Assembly: GCA_947501605.1 (NCBI GenBank)
Contig: CANMWZ010000002.1
Location: 128,001-192,000, forward strand
Source: Planctomycetota bacterium
GTDB taxonomy: Bacteria > Planctomycetota > UBA1135 > UBA2386
Direction: 5' to 3'
DNA: 64,000 nucleotides
Position numbers and translations under genes: made by a program. Shown piece by piece: positions 31,901-40,055 of the stretch. Numbering within the stretch: the stretch's first letter is position 1; every line of letters starts with the position of its first letter. The notes under the pieces were generated by a model. It had not been told where the DNA came from. It saw only the letters and a list, made by a program, of their open reading frames with translations, and searched no databases.

Positions 31901-33144
31901 AGACGCCGGCGCCACTGCAGCGTGTTGCCCTTGCTCACTTCGAGTTCGAGCCGCTGGGGCACGAAACCGCCATACAGCGCGCGGACGCTTCGCAGCGCAC
32001 TGGGCTGTAGGTAGCGGACCGGCGCATCGGCCAGCTGCGAGCCTTCGACCAGCACCAGAGAACCGCCGACTACGCGAAGGAATGGCACCGTCATCCGCGC
32101 ATAGGTCAGCAACACGAGCACGATCGAAAATGCCATGGCCGCCAGGCTGACTCGCGGCAACCAGCGCAGGCGACCGTGAACGACAGCCCGCAGATCTGCC
32201 AACACCTGCACGGCGCTCGCCGGCCGACGTTCGCGGTCGAGCTGCAGGCAGCTATGGACGAGGCGCAAGAGGCTGCGCGGCACTGCTTGCAACGGCTGCA
32301 GGACCGACAACTGCCCGGTGACGGTTGCGCGAGCGGCGGCGCGCGCATCGCGCCCTTCGACCGGCAGGTTGCCGCTCAGCATGAAGTAGAGCAGCACACC
32401 CAAACTGTAGAGGTCCGCCCGAGCGTCGACATCGAGCCCCGCAAGATGCTCGGGCGCCGAGAACACCGGGTTTGCGAACAAGGACTCGCCCAACTTCGCG
32501 TCCTCGGCAGCAGCAGGCGCGAAACGCAACGACTGGGCGATGCCGAAGTCGAGCACCTTGACCACCGGCTGGCCGTCGCGGACCGCGATCATCACGTTGC
32601 GCGACGACAGGTCTCGATGCACCAGACCGGCTTGGTGAATGGCCACGAGCGCTTGGCAGATCTGGATCGCGACGACAACCGCCATGGCGGGAGGCAAACC
32701 ACCGCCGCGCACCCAAGCGTCGAGGGATTCGCCGTCGGCCAACTCCATCGCCAGATAGACCGTTCCTTCTTCGGTTTCGCCGACATCAAGAATGCGCGCG
32801 CAGTGCTCATGCACCACGCGCCCCGCCTTGCGGGCCTCGGCGAGCAAGGCGCGACGGTACTCGGCACGGGCCGACAACCGCGGGTGCAAGAGCTTCAGCG
32901 CCAGCGGCACCAGCGACACCGCATGACAGGCGCGGAACACCGTGCCCATACCGCCGCGGCCGAGGACGCCTTGGACCAAGAACTTGCCATCGATGACGGT
33001 CCCGAGCAGCGGGTTGGTCGAATCGGCCTCGCCGCGACGCTGCGGAAAGTGTGCGGCCGAAGTCGGCAACAGCGGCACACCGCAGTGGGCACAGCGATCG
33101 AGTTCGGTCGTCGCCACGCCTTCACAGGAAAGGCAGATTTTCAC
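28936..33144 (-). CDS. Large membrane Ser/Thr kinase (~1400 aa): Zn ribbon, kinase, TM, Ig-like region, degenerate FGE-sulfatase C-terminus
   Basis: CLSC..CAHC, LGRGGMGTVF, HRDLSSRN, DFG, APE; TM; AVDRAGN and IIDGAGN; REIT...RLPLGCELE...GVREWV...TGFRVV. Confidence 0.88.
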   Translation of the reverse strand: MKICLSCEGVATTELDRCAHCGVPLLPTSAAHFPQRRGEADSTNPLLGTVIDGKFLVQGVLGRGGMGTVFRACHAVSLVPLALKLLHPRLSARAEYRRALLAEARKAGRVVHEHCARILDVGETEEGTVYLAMELADGESLDAWVRGGGLPPAMAVVVAIQICQALVAIHQAGLVHRDLSSRNVMIAVRDGQPVVKVLDFGIAQSLRFAPAAAEDAKLGESLFANPVFSAPEHLAGLDVDARADLYSLGVLLYFMLSGNLPVEGRDARAAARATVTGQLSVLQPLQAVPRSLLRLVHSCLQLDRERRPASAVQVLADLRAVVHGRLRWLPRVSLAAMAFSIVLVLLTYARMTVPFLRVVGGSLVLVEGSQLADAPVRYLQPSALRSVRALYGGFVPQRLELEVSKGNTLQWRRRLLPAIDSEGVLVLSDAQESWRDALLGVERASSDGPVDVAFVVPGVALLGGARLCLDATAPQVELELMPKSSSALNSASTVRLTVRESAGLESLHLVLRLESGASYSVPLPMDAEQFGLGAAMTEIVGVGGPLGAATLTALAVDRAGNRAASAQSAISECDFGAPAVEVVTGPAGESSIPFLEDRAVVRVRLHHDEGSLTMEVHDDQGRQRSVSSLQPLTAGWYEAELGAAGQGEAFASGLYAFTIIDGAGNRQQRTLSLAFRSRRLDAVFTPSGEASIAVLGGELATGQIGGTVAFTCSPTFVPVAATLRAQGGGPGPASAKVELAADAAQWQVAVRGLEPGTYELVLELEERGGGRTGSVAFHQVLQVLPTRLALRLPECREGFLPALQQANLLRSDGAVLRPGAGLRVDGGLSRYLRGRLWSGADPQRLLPQPLLNAASDDGSLLPPCRLLRGRNVLAVELVDVLGRDVEVWLGDERAPLVDHEGRPLSVIADFVDDPTPPQLLAEELRVEFNQSVRLALRSTLQFAPSATMALRLVVQGVELPAAQVRGRDGGSEIAFVIPFALWRTAKGLADLSRADYSKGVGAVLPARLTTPAGDFMLDLVLRTARSALRVLRLDEVSDAVIPSALAEITFVPVLAPDGGEWPDPVPADAPQRGLYRPQFAEPVRGLGDLFVQDREITLLQYQALLHSLPSASGRKLAHRDDPLGDLRFTIAAMLPHGCDGDEKTFARAASATPAAAVTGIDFFQAYAAVRLLGVVVAGDPALFRLPLGCELELAAFGPVPGATARNAATGRGGRVQARSWREPAVRAYPFAGPAASEASASGDRVPSEAGVDLLGLDFGVREWVLDLPQGRDTESEPLLREWIADRELHVQRALELSGGRAATVDLSSRAPADLQARLRTFAVVRGLGTGELHGLLDDKGLPIDVATLALEALPASVPGVVRTEQLRRDGRDLMPLASDPRLAFTGFRVVGGNGFVQRMRSR

Positions 33145-33193
33145 GGCTGGGTCGTCACGGCAAATGCAGCCCGCCGCGTCCGCGACTTTGGTG

Positions 33194-34123
33194 TCACGAA
33201 CCCTGGCGGGGTTGCAACCAGCTTCGCCAGCGCAGCTCGAATCGCAAATCCCCGGCAACAAGACCAGCGAGCCCTGGGAAGTCCTGCAGGATGGATCGCA
33301 GAACCCTGGCCTTGGTGGCAGCTGGAACACGCGGCCACTTGGAGTCCAGGGGATGGTCGTAGCCAAACACGACGGGCGCGCCATCGAGCCGCAGCAAGCG
33401 CACGCGGATCTCGGGATACTCAGGGGCCTTGGCCCAGCGCAAGCCCAGGTTGTTGGCGTCCACTTCGATCAACCGCGGACAGTCCGGAACAGCGGGAGCG
33501 ATCTCGTCGCGCCACTCCACGGCGATGGCTGCAGCGGCGAGGACTCGATCGTCCGGGGCCTTCTCACCGAGCCTGCCCTGCATCGAGCCACTACCGCCCT
33601 CACGGCGGAGCACGAGCGCCGGCAATTCGGTGCCATCGACCCACGGCAACGTCGTGCCGTGACGATCGCACAAACAGAGCGGCTTGCCGGTTTCATCGCG
33701 CACCGCGAGAACCGGGCGACGGAGACCGAAGGCGACGCGGAACTTGTCAGGGAACACCCGCTCGAGCCGGGTCTCCTCGACCCAGGCCACAGTGGCGAGG
33801 CCGGCGAGCAGTTCGCGAGCAGCCGCATCGTCGAGGATCGGCGCTTCGCCGCGCAGCCAGGGCTGCAGATCCCGACTGACCGCGACCAAGAGCGCGTCTT
33901 CGAGCCAGGGCGGGCGCACCACAAAACCAACGCGGTCGCGATCGACCAACGGGCTGTGCTTGGCGGCCCCGGCAACCCTGGTCTCCAGGATCGACCAAGC
34001 TCGCGGTCCGAAGAACCAGGCAACCAGCCCAAATGCCAACCACACGCCAATGCGTGCAAGCCACGCCCGACCGCGCGAAGCGAGAGGGTCGGAGCTGTCG
34101 GGTGAATCGAGGCCAGTGCCCAC
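33194..34123 (-). CDS. FtsQ/DivIB-like bitopic membrane protein
   Basis: N-terminal TM, then LATVAWVEETRLERVFPDKFRVAFGLRRPVLAV...CDRHGTTLP, resembling the FtsQ POTRA-to-beta-domain junction. Confidence 0.65.
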   Translation of the reverse strand: MGTGLDSPDSSDPLASRGRAWLARIGVWLAFGLVAWFFGPRAWSILETRVAGAAKHSPLVDRDRVGFVVRPPWLEDALLVAVSRDLQPWLRGEAPILDDAAARELLAGLATVAWVEETRLERVFPDKFRVAFGLRRPVLAVRDETGKPLCLCDRHGTTLPWVDGTELPALVLRREGGSGSMQGRLGEKAPDDRVLAAAAIAVEWRDEIAPAVPDCPRLIEVDANNLGLRWAKAPEYPEIRVRLLRLDGAPVVFGYDHPLDSKWPRVPAATKARVLRSILQDFPGLAGLVAGDLRFELRWRSWLQPRQGS

Positions 34124-34268
34124 GAACGCTGCCACCCCCCAAGGGTCGGTGCGCGGGCCAAAGCCCGCGCTGGGTCGCGACGATGATGCTGCTACAGGTT
34201 GCGGATGCGACGACGGCGCGGAGCCAAGCGCGGTGGATCGCACCGCAAAGCACTCCACGCCGTTCGGT

Positions 34269-34526
34269 TCAGTTCAGGCGGGCCACGGTCGCCGGCTTCT
34301 GCTCAACGGTCTTGCGGGCGTTCTGGCCGCCGGTCACGCCATCACAGTCCTCGATGAAGATCTCGAGGACGTCGAGCACCTGTTCGACGACATTGCGATC
34401 GATCGTCAACTCACGACCGCCCTTCGCCGCCTCGAGCTCAGTCTCCAGCAGGCGCGTGAGCACCTTGACCTGGGACAGACGGCGACCGATGAACTTGCTG
34501 ACGTTGACCTCGCTCTTGCCTTCCAT
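34269..34526 (-). CDS. Small hypothetical protein (85 aa)
   Basis: MEGKSEVNVSKFIGRRLSQVKVL...; AGAGG ribosome-binding site; strong GC3 codon pattern. Confidence 0.7.
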   Translation of the reverse strand: MEGKSEVNVSKFIGRRLSQVKVLTRLLETELEAAKGGRELTIDRNVVEQVLDVLEIFIEDCDGVTGGQNARKTVEQKPATVARLN

Positions 34527-34806
34527 GATGGACCTCTTCTGCGAATGGGTTGCTGGCCGCGCGAACGCGGCGATGGTGTCTTGACCGGTTGCGAAACGCG
34601 CCCCGCGACCGGCGGAGCGAGGGGCGAACATATCGACGTGGCCTGACGAAACCAGCGCAGAGCCTCGGGATTCTCGGTCTGAGTCGCTCCAGCCCCGGTT
34701 CGTGGAAAGCCGTCCACAATCAGGCTCGTTTGCGGTCCGCGTACGATGTCGCACATCGCCGTTCCCTCGGCAGCGGTCATGCGCCAGCATGTCGCACGTG
34801 TCAGCG

Positions 34807-36840
34807 ATGCAGTTCAAGGGCTACACGCTCAACGCGTTCCAGGTCCTCGCCGCCGAAGCGATCGAGGCCGGCAAGAACGTCCTGCTGTCGGCTCCCACCG
34901 GCTCAGGCAAAACGCTCGTCGCCGAGTACGCCATCGAGCAGGCCGTCAAACTCGGTCGCCGCGCCATCTACACCAGTCCGATCAAAGCTCTGTCCAACCA
35001 GAAGTTTCGCGACTTCAAACAGGACGGCATCGACGTCGGGTTGATGACCGGCGACCTGACCCTCAACCCGGATGCACCGCTGGTCATCATGACCACCGAG
35101 ATCTTCCGGAACGCGGTGTTCGAGGACCCCAAGCGATTCCTCGACACCGACTTTGCGATCTTCGACGAGATCCACTTTCTCGACGACCCGGAGCGCGGGA
35201 CGGTCTGGGAAGAGTCTCTGATCTTCGCGCCGGACCACGTTCGATTCGTCTGCCTGTCGGCCACGATCGACAACCTCGATGAGTTCGGCAAGTGGATCGC
35301 GCAGACGCGGCAGCAAGAACTAGCGATCATCGAGCACGACAAGCGACCTGTGCCGCTGACCCACCGCCTCTACCACGTCGACGCTGGCGTGTTCCAACTG
35401 GCGCAACGCAAGAAAGCGGTGCAGTTCCACGAGCGTGCACTCGAGCGCGACAAGCGGCACGGCGGCCACGCCGGTCGCCGCGAACGCGAGCGTTCGCAGT
35501 GGGGCGACAAGCGCGAGCGCAAACAAGGCCGAGGCCTGACCATCGGGCCGCGGCCCTACATGCTGCTGCTCGACGAACTCCAGCATCGGCGTCTGTTGCC
35601 GTTGCTGTACTTCTGCTTCTCGCGCAAGGAGTGCGAGATCAAGGCCGAGCGCAACATGCAGCGCCGCTTGCTCGACCGCGACGAACGCGCGCGCATCGAA
35701 CGCTTGTTCTACGAAGTCTGCGAGCGCTTCGAAATCGCGCCCGAGGGCGACCCGAGCCTGTTGGGCATTCTCGGCCGCGCGATGCAAGGAACTGGCTACC
35801 ACCACGCCGGCATGCTGCCGATCCACAAAGAGATCGTCGAGCGCCTCTTCACCTCGGGGCTGCTCAAGTTGCTGTTCACGACCGAGACGTTTGCACTGGG
35901 CATCAACATGCCAGCTCGCACGGTGGTGTTCGATCTGCTGCGCAAGTTCGACGGCGTGCAGATGGACTACATGCGCGCGCGCGACTACATGCAGATGGCG
36001 GGTCGCGCCGGCCGTCAGGGACTCGACGAGAGTGGACTGGTGATCTCGATTCTGGAGAACGAAGACCTCTACGAAGCGCCGCTGTCGCGATACCACGGCA
36101 GCAAGGTGGAGCCGATCACGTCGCGCTTCAATCTGTCGTACTCGACGATCCTGAACCTCTACGCGCACATGGGCGGCAAGCTGCTCGATGCCTACGACAG
36201 GAGTTTCGCGGCGTTCCAGGCGCAGAAGGGCTCTCAGGCGACGCGCACCAAGAAGCGCCAGGCCGCGCGGGCGGCGCTGCTGCAGCGCCTGCAGATCCTG
36301 GAAGAGGCGGGCTATCTCGGCGACGGCCAACTGCTCGACCGCGGCAAGCTGGCGCAGCGCATCAACGGCTATGAGATCCAGGCAACGGAGATCCTGTTCT
36401 CCGGTGCGCTCGACGGCATGGACATCCACCAACTGTCGGTCACGTTTGCGGCGCTGATCCACCAGGAGCGCCGCAGCGCGGAACTGCGCGGCTACCGGCG
36501 TGAACCCGGCCCGATGATGCAAAAGGTCAACGACGCGGTGAAGCGATTCTGCGCGGTCGAAGTGCTCCATGGCGTCAAGGACACCATCAAGGCGCCGGAC
36601 TGGGGCATCGGCCCTGCCGTCGATGCGTGGAGCCGCGGCTGCAGTGTGGAAGAACTCGAGCAACTCGCACACAGCGACGCGGGCGATGTCGTCCGGACGC
36701 TGCGCATGGCCATCCAGATGATGCGCCAAGTACGCATGGTTGTCGGGAGAGGCGAAGTCCTCGGCGCCCGTCTCGACGAAGCCGGCGTCGCCATCAATCG
36801 CGATGTGGTCGACGCGAAACGTCAGTTCGAACTCGGCTGA
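34807..36840 (+). CDS. Ski2/HelY-like DEAD/DEAH RNA helicase
   Basis: APTGSGKT, YTSPIKALSNQK, MTTEIFRN, FDEIH, LSAT, HHAGMLP, TETFALGINMPAR, QMAGRAGRQG; DSHCT-like end. Confidence 0.93.
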   Translation: MQFKGYTLNAFQVLAAEAIEAGKNVLLSAPTGSGKTLVAEYAIEQAVKLGRRAIYTSPIKALSNQKFRDFKQDGIDVGLMTGDLTLNPDAPLVIMTTEIFRNAVFEDPKRFLDTDFAIFDEIHFLDDPERGTVWEESLIFAPDHVRFVCLSATIDNLDEFGKWIAQTRQQELAIIEHDKRPVPLTHRLYHVDAGVFQLAQRKKAVQFHERALERDKRHGGHAGRRERERSQWGDKRERKQGRGLTIGPRPYMLLLDELQHRRLLPLLYFCFSRKECEIKAERNMQRRLLDRDERARIERLFYEVCERFEIAPEGDPSLLGILGRAMQGTGYHHAGMLPIHKEIVERLFTSGLLKLLFTTETFALGINMPARTVVFDLLRKFDGVQMDYMRARDYMQMAGRAGRQGLDESGLVISILENEDLYEAPLSRYHGSKVEPITSRFNLSYSTILNLYAHMGGKLLDAYDRSFAAFQAQKGSQATRTKKRQAARAALLQRLQILEEAGYLGDGQLLDRGKLAQRINGYEIQATEILFSGALDGMDIHQLSVTFAALIHQERRSAELRGYRREPGPMMQKVNDAVKRFCAVEVLHGVKDTIKAPDWGIGPAVDAWSRGCSVEELEQLAHSDAGDVVRTLRMAIQMMRQVRMVVGRGEVLGARLDEAGVAINRDVVDAKRQFELG

Positions 36841-36877
36841 TCGCAGCCGGACGGCTCGCGCGCTACCGTATCCCCCC

Positions 36878-37597
36878 ATGGCCCGCCGCTACTTCGTCGA
36901 TTCTCTGCCCGTTCCCGGGGGGACCGTTCTCGTCGGCGAGCCAGCCCACCACCTCGCCGTCGTGCTGCGCGTCCGGACCGGCGACGCGATGGTGTTGTGC
37001 GACGGCAAGGGCAACGAGTGCGAAGCCACCGTCATTCGCAGCGGTTCCGGAAAAGTTGCGATCCAGGCTGGCGAGACGAAGCGCACGGCACCTCAGGACT
37101 TCGTCCTGCACGTGGCCTTTGCACCACCGAAGTGGACCCGTGCGGATTGGCTGCTCGAGCACGGCACCGAAGTGGGGATTGGCGTGTTCTGGCCACTATG
37201 GACCGAACGCACCCGACCTCAGGGGGGACGGCACGATCGCTGGGACAAGGTCATCCGCGCCGCCGCTGGTCAGTGTGATCGCGCCTGGCTACCGCTGGTC
37301 CGCGAAGTGACCGAGTTCGCGGACTTCCTGAGGCAGCCGGAGCTTCCGCCCAATCGATTTCTCGCTGACGGCGAGGGGGAGCCGGCACCGTCGTCGATTG
37401 CGGGCAACGCAGCCCTCTTGGTCGGGCCCGAGGGCGGTTTCACGAGCAGCGAGCGCGCAGCGGCAATCGCCGCTGGCTTTGTGCCGATGGGCCTCGGTCC
37501 GCACGTGCTGCGCACCGAGACCGCGGCGTTGGTCGGCGCCGCGGCTCTGCTGCTCGCGGCTACACGAGCGGCAGGAACGCTTCCTCCGCGAAGCTGA
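36878..37597 (+). CDS. rsmE: 16S rRNA m3U1498 methyltransferase
   Basis: HHLAVVLR, TEVG, AAGQCDR, VGPEGGF, LGPHVLRTETA. Confidence 0.92.
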   Translation: MARRYFVDSLPVPGGTVLVGEPAHHLAVVLRVRTGDAMVLCDGKGNECEATVIRSGSGKVAIQAGETKRTAPQDFVLHVAFAPPKWTRADWLLEHGTEVGIGVFWPLWTERTRPQGGRHDRWDKVIRAAAGQCDRAWLPLVREVTEFADFLRQPELPPNRFLADGEGEPAPSSIAGNAALLVGPEGGFTSSERAAAIAAGFVPMGLGPHVLRTETAALVGAAALLLAATRAAGTLPPRS

Positions 37598-38246
37598 AGC
37601 AGCGTTCGTCACCGACCACCACGTGGTCGAGCAGTTCGATCCCCATGAGTTCCCCTGCTTCCTGCAGGCGCACCGTCACCGCACGGTCCTCAGCGCTGGG
37701 GGTCGGATCGCCGCTCGGATGATTGTGGGCAACGACCACGGCAGAGGCACCTTCGCGGACCGCCGGTGAGAACACTTCGCGCGGATGCACGGGCGCGGAA
37801 TCGACGCTGCCCGTGCTGACCACGCGCAGGGACAGGATGCGATGACGCGCATCGAGCAGGAGCGCGAAGAACGTCTCGCGCCGCGTTCCGCGTACGGACT
37901 CGCGGACAATGGAAGCAATGTCACGGCCGCAGCGCACAGCAGTACCAGGCCGCAACCGTGCTTCGAGCAGACGTCGGGCCAGTCCAAACGCAGAGCCAAG
38001 TGCCGCTGCGCGCACCGCACCGATGCCTGGTTGGTTGGCCACCTCTCGCACCGGTGCGGCGGCGAGGGTCGCCAACCCGCCGAAGGTGCGCAACAACCGC
38101 TGCGCCATCGCCTCGGCCGGCTCGCCACGCTGTCCTGTTCGGAGCAGCAGTGCAAGACACTCGGCGTCCGAGAGTCGCATCTCCCCAAGCTGTACGATCC
38201 GTTCGCGCGGGCCGTATCGATCGCTGCCGTCTCGCCTCGTCTCCAT
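37560..38246 (-). CDS. radC: RadC / JAB-domain protein
   Basis: PRERI...LSDAECLALLL, HhH GIG, VHPREVF, HNHPSGDPTPSAED, LLDHVVV. Confidence 0.93.
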   Translation of the reverse strand: METRRDGSDRYGPRERIVQLGEMRLSDAECLALLLRTGQRGEPAEAMAQRLLRTFGGLATLAAAPVREVANQPGIGAVRAAALGSAFGLARRLLEARLRPGTAVRCGRDIASIVRESVRGTRRETFFALLLDARHRILSLRVVSTGSVDSAPVHPREVFSPAVREGASAVVVAHNHPSGDPTPSAEDRAVTVRLQEAGELMGIELLDHVVVGDERCFSFAEEAFLPLV

Positions 38247-38321
38247 ACCTCCTATGTGACCTGAACCGCTCCTGGGTTACGTGCGACCTGCGCCGATCCA
38301 GTGGAACCGCCGCGACGGCAA

Positions 38322-39977
38322 CTAAGCCCGATGGATCGTCAACTGTGGGAACGGGATCGACACTCCATGCTGGGTCGCAGCCTCGACCAGGATGCGCTGA
38401 ATGCCACGGCGCAGCCCTCCGTAGCTTGCCGCTGCCTCGCCAGAGAATCGCACCACCACCTGCAGATCCAGGGACGACGCCGCCGCCGCCGCAAACTCCA
38501 CCACTACCGAGGTCACAAACGCACCACCCGGAACCTGTGGCAACCGCACGTGCAACGCTTTGGCGAACTGCTCCGGCACCGTGGTCGTCGCCGCTTCCTG
38601 GTGGCGGTAGTCGATGCCGAACACGCTCAAGATGAAGAAGCCTCGCGACAGGTTCGAGGGCATCTGTCCCAGAAACTCAGTGGTCCTGAACGTGCGCGGC
38701 GCACCGTCGATCCGAACCACGACCTGATCCGGAGTCTGCACCTCGACGGGCCCGAAGGCGCCATTGGCCAGCATTACCCATTCGCCCTGCTGGCACGGAA
38801 ACCACGGCTCGTCGGGCAGCGACTTGCGCGACGAGCGCCCGACCACCTCGCGGAGCGGGATGCGAAGCACACCGCCCTGCAGCTCCGGGTTGCTGAGTCG
38901 CGTCTGCAAACGCAACGCGTCGACGCGGTATGGCAGTCCATCGATCATCACGCGCTCGCCCTCGCGCACCGCGCCCGCATTGAGGAGGAGGCGCACCTGC
39001 TCGAGGAGCGTCGGCAACGATCGCGACAACGCCCAACCAAGACCGATCAAGAACACGATCGCCACGGCGAGCAGCTCGAAGTCGCCGCGAAGGTAGAACA
39101 CCGCCACCACTGCGAACGCCGCACCGAGCGCTGCCAGCCCTTGAAACGCGACGTCGAACATGCGCAGCGGCAGGCGTCGCTCGCCGCGCATGGCGATGCG
39201 CGACACCATGCGGTGCAGCCAGCGGAGAAAGAGGATGACCAGGGCGGCCGCCGCAATGGCGAGGAACAAGCTGACGCCGCGACGGCGCACGAAGTCCGCC
39301 ACGGCGTTCTGCACAGACTCGGACATCGGGGCACGAGCGGCCTCGAGCGACTCCAGCTGTCCGGCGACCAGTAGGCACTCGTCACGCAGTTCGCTGACAA
39401 ACGCGCCCCACCGCTGCACCGCTGCGTCGAGCGGCACCAGCACCTGCGGTTCGGTGCCTGACTGTTGCTGGTCCCGGCGGGTGCGCTCGAGTCCACGCAC
39501 AACCTGCTCGGAAGCCTCGATCTGCGCCTCGAGCTGCTCCCGGTGGGATTGCAGTTCTTGGATCTGGCGCGGTCCCTCGGTCGCCTTCGAAATGGCACGA
39601 ACCAATGGCCGTACGAGGCGCAGGATCTCGGTCTGAAGTTCGTACTCTTCTTCCTTCGGGGAACGCACTTGGGCGACGTCGAACCCGGTCGCCAAGCTGG
39701 CCAGTCGATCGCGCAGTTGCTTCTGCACCGTCTGCAGGTTCACAACCCGCTCCGGATCAACCGGCTGCTGGCGCTCGGCCGCACTGAGTTCCAATTCGTT
39801 CTGCAGGAGTTGCTGCGCCAAGTTCTTGAGCGCCTGGTGCCGGACGGTCGGTGTCGGCGCTGGCTCTTGGGCCGCGTCAGGGACCACGCTCGGCATCGAG
39901 TCCTGCTGTGCGCACGCTCGCACTTCCGCAAAACCCACGAGCAAGGAGAACACCAGAAGCAGCAGGCGGCAGAGCAT
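38322..39977 (-). CDS. Small-conductance mechanosensitive channel (MscS family) with periplasmic coiled coil
   Basis: Signal peptide, coiled coil, several TMs, VREGERV, FGIDY, GVSIPFPQL. Confidence 0.8.
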   Translation of the reverse strand: MLCRLLLLVFSLLVGFAEVRACAQQDSMPSVVPDAAQEPAPTPTVRHQALKNLAQQLLQNELELSAAERQQPVDPERVVNLQTVQKQLRDRLASLATGFDVAQVRSPKEEEYELQTEILRLVRPLVRAISKATEGPRQIQELQSHREQLEAQIEASEQVVRGLERTRRDQQQSGTEPQVLVPLDAAVQRWGAFVSELRDECLLVAGQLESLEAARAPMSESVQNAVADFVRRRGVSLFLAIAAAALVILFLRWLHRMVSRIAMRGERRLPLRMFDVAFQGLAALGAAFAVVAVFYLRGDFELLAVAIVFLIGLGWALSRSLPTLLEQVRLLLNAGAVREGERVMIDGLPYRVDALRLQTRLSNPELQGGVLRIPLREVVGRSSRKSLPDEPWFPCQQGEWVMLANGAFGPVEVQTPDQVVVRIDGAPRTFRTTEFLGQMPSNLSRGFFILSVFGIDYRHQEAATTTVPEQFAKALHVRLPQVPGGAFVTSVVVEFAAAAASSLDLQVVVRFSGEAAASYGGLRRGIQRILVEAATQHGVSIPFPQLTIHRA

Positions 39978-40055
39978 CGCGGCGGAGCGTAGCGAACACA
40001 GCCCACAGGCACGATGCTCGGACTCGATCGTACGGCGGCGACGCCCTAGGCTCCG

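Noticed and set aside
34643..34708. Hammerhead-like CUGACGA...GAAA
   Set aside because: GAAA does not directly follow a closed stem II, and stems I and III could not be built.
37560..38246. radC as a marker of a mobile element or defence island
   Set aside because: Full-length chromosomal type among housekeeping genes; no integrase, att sites or obvious composition shift.
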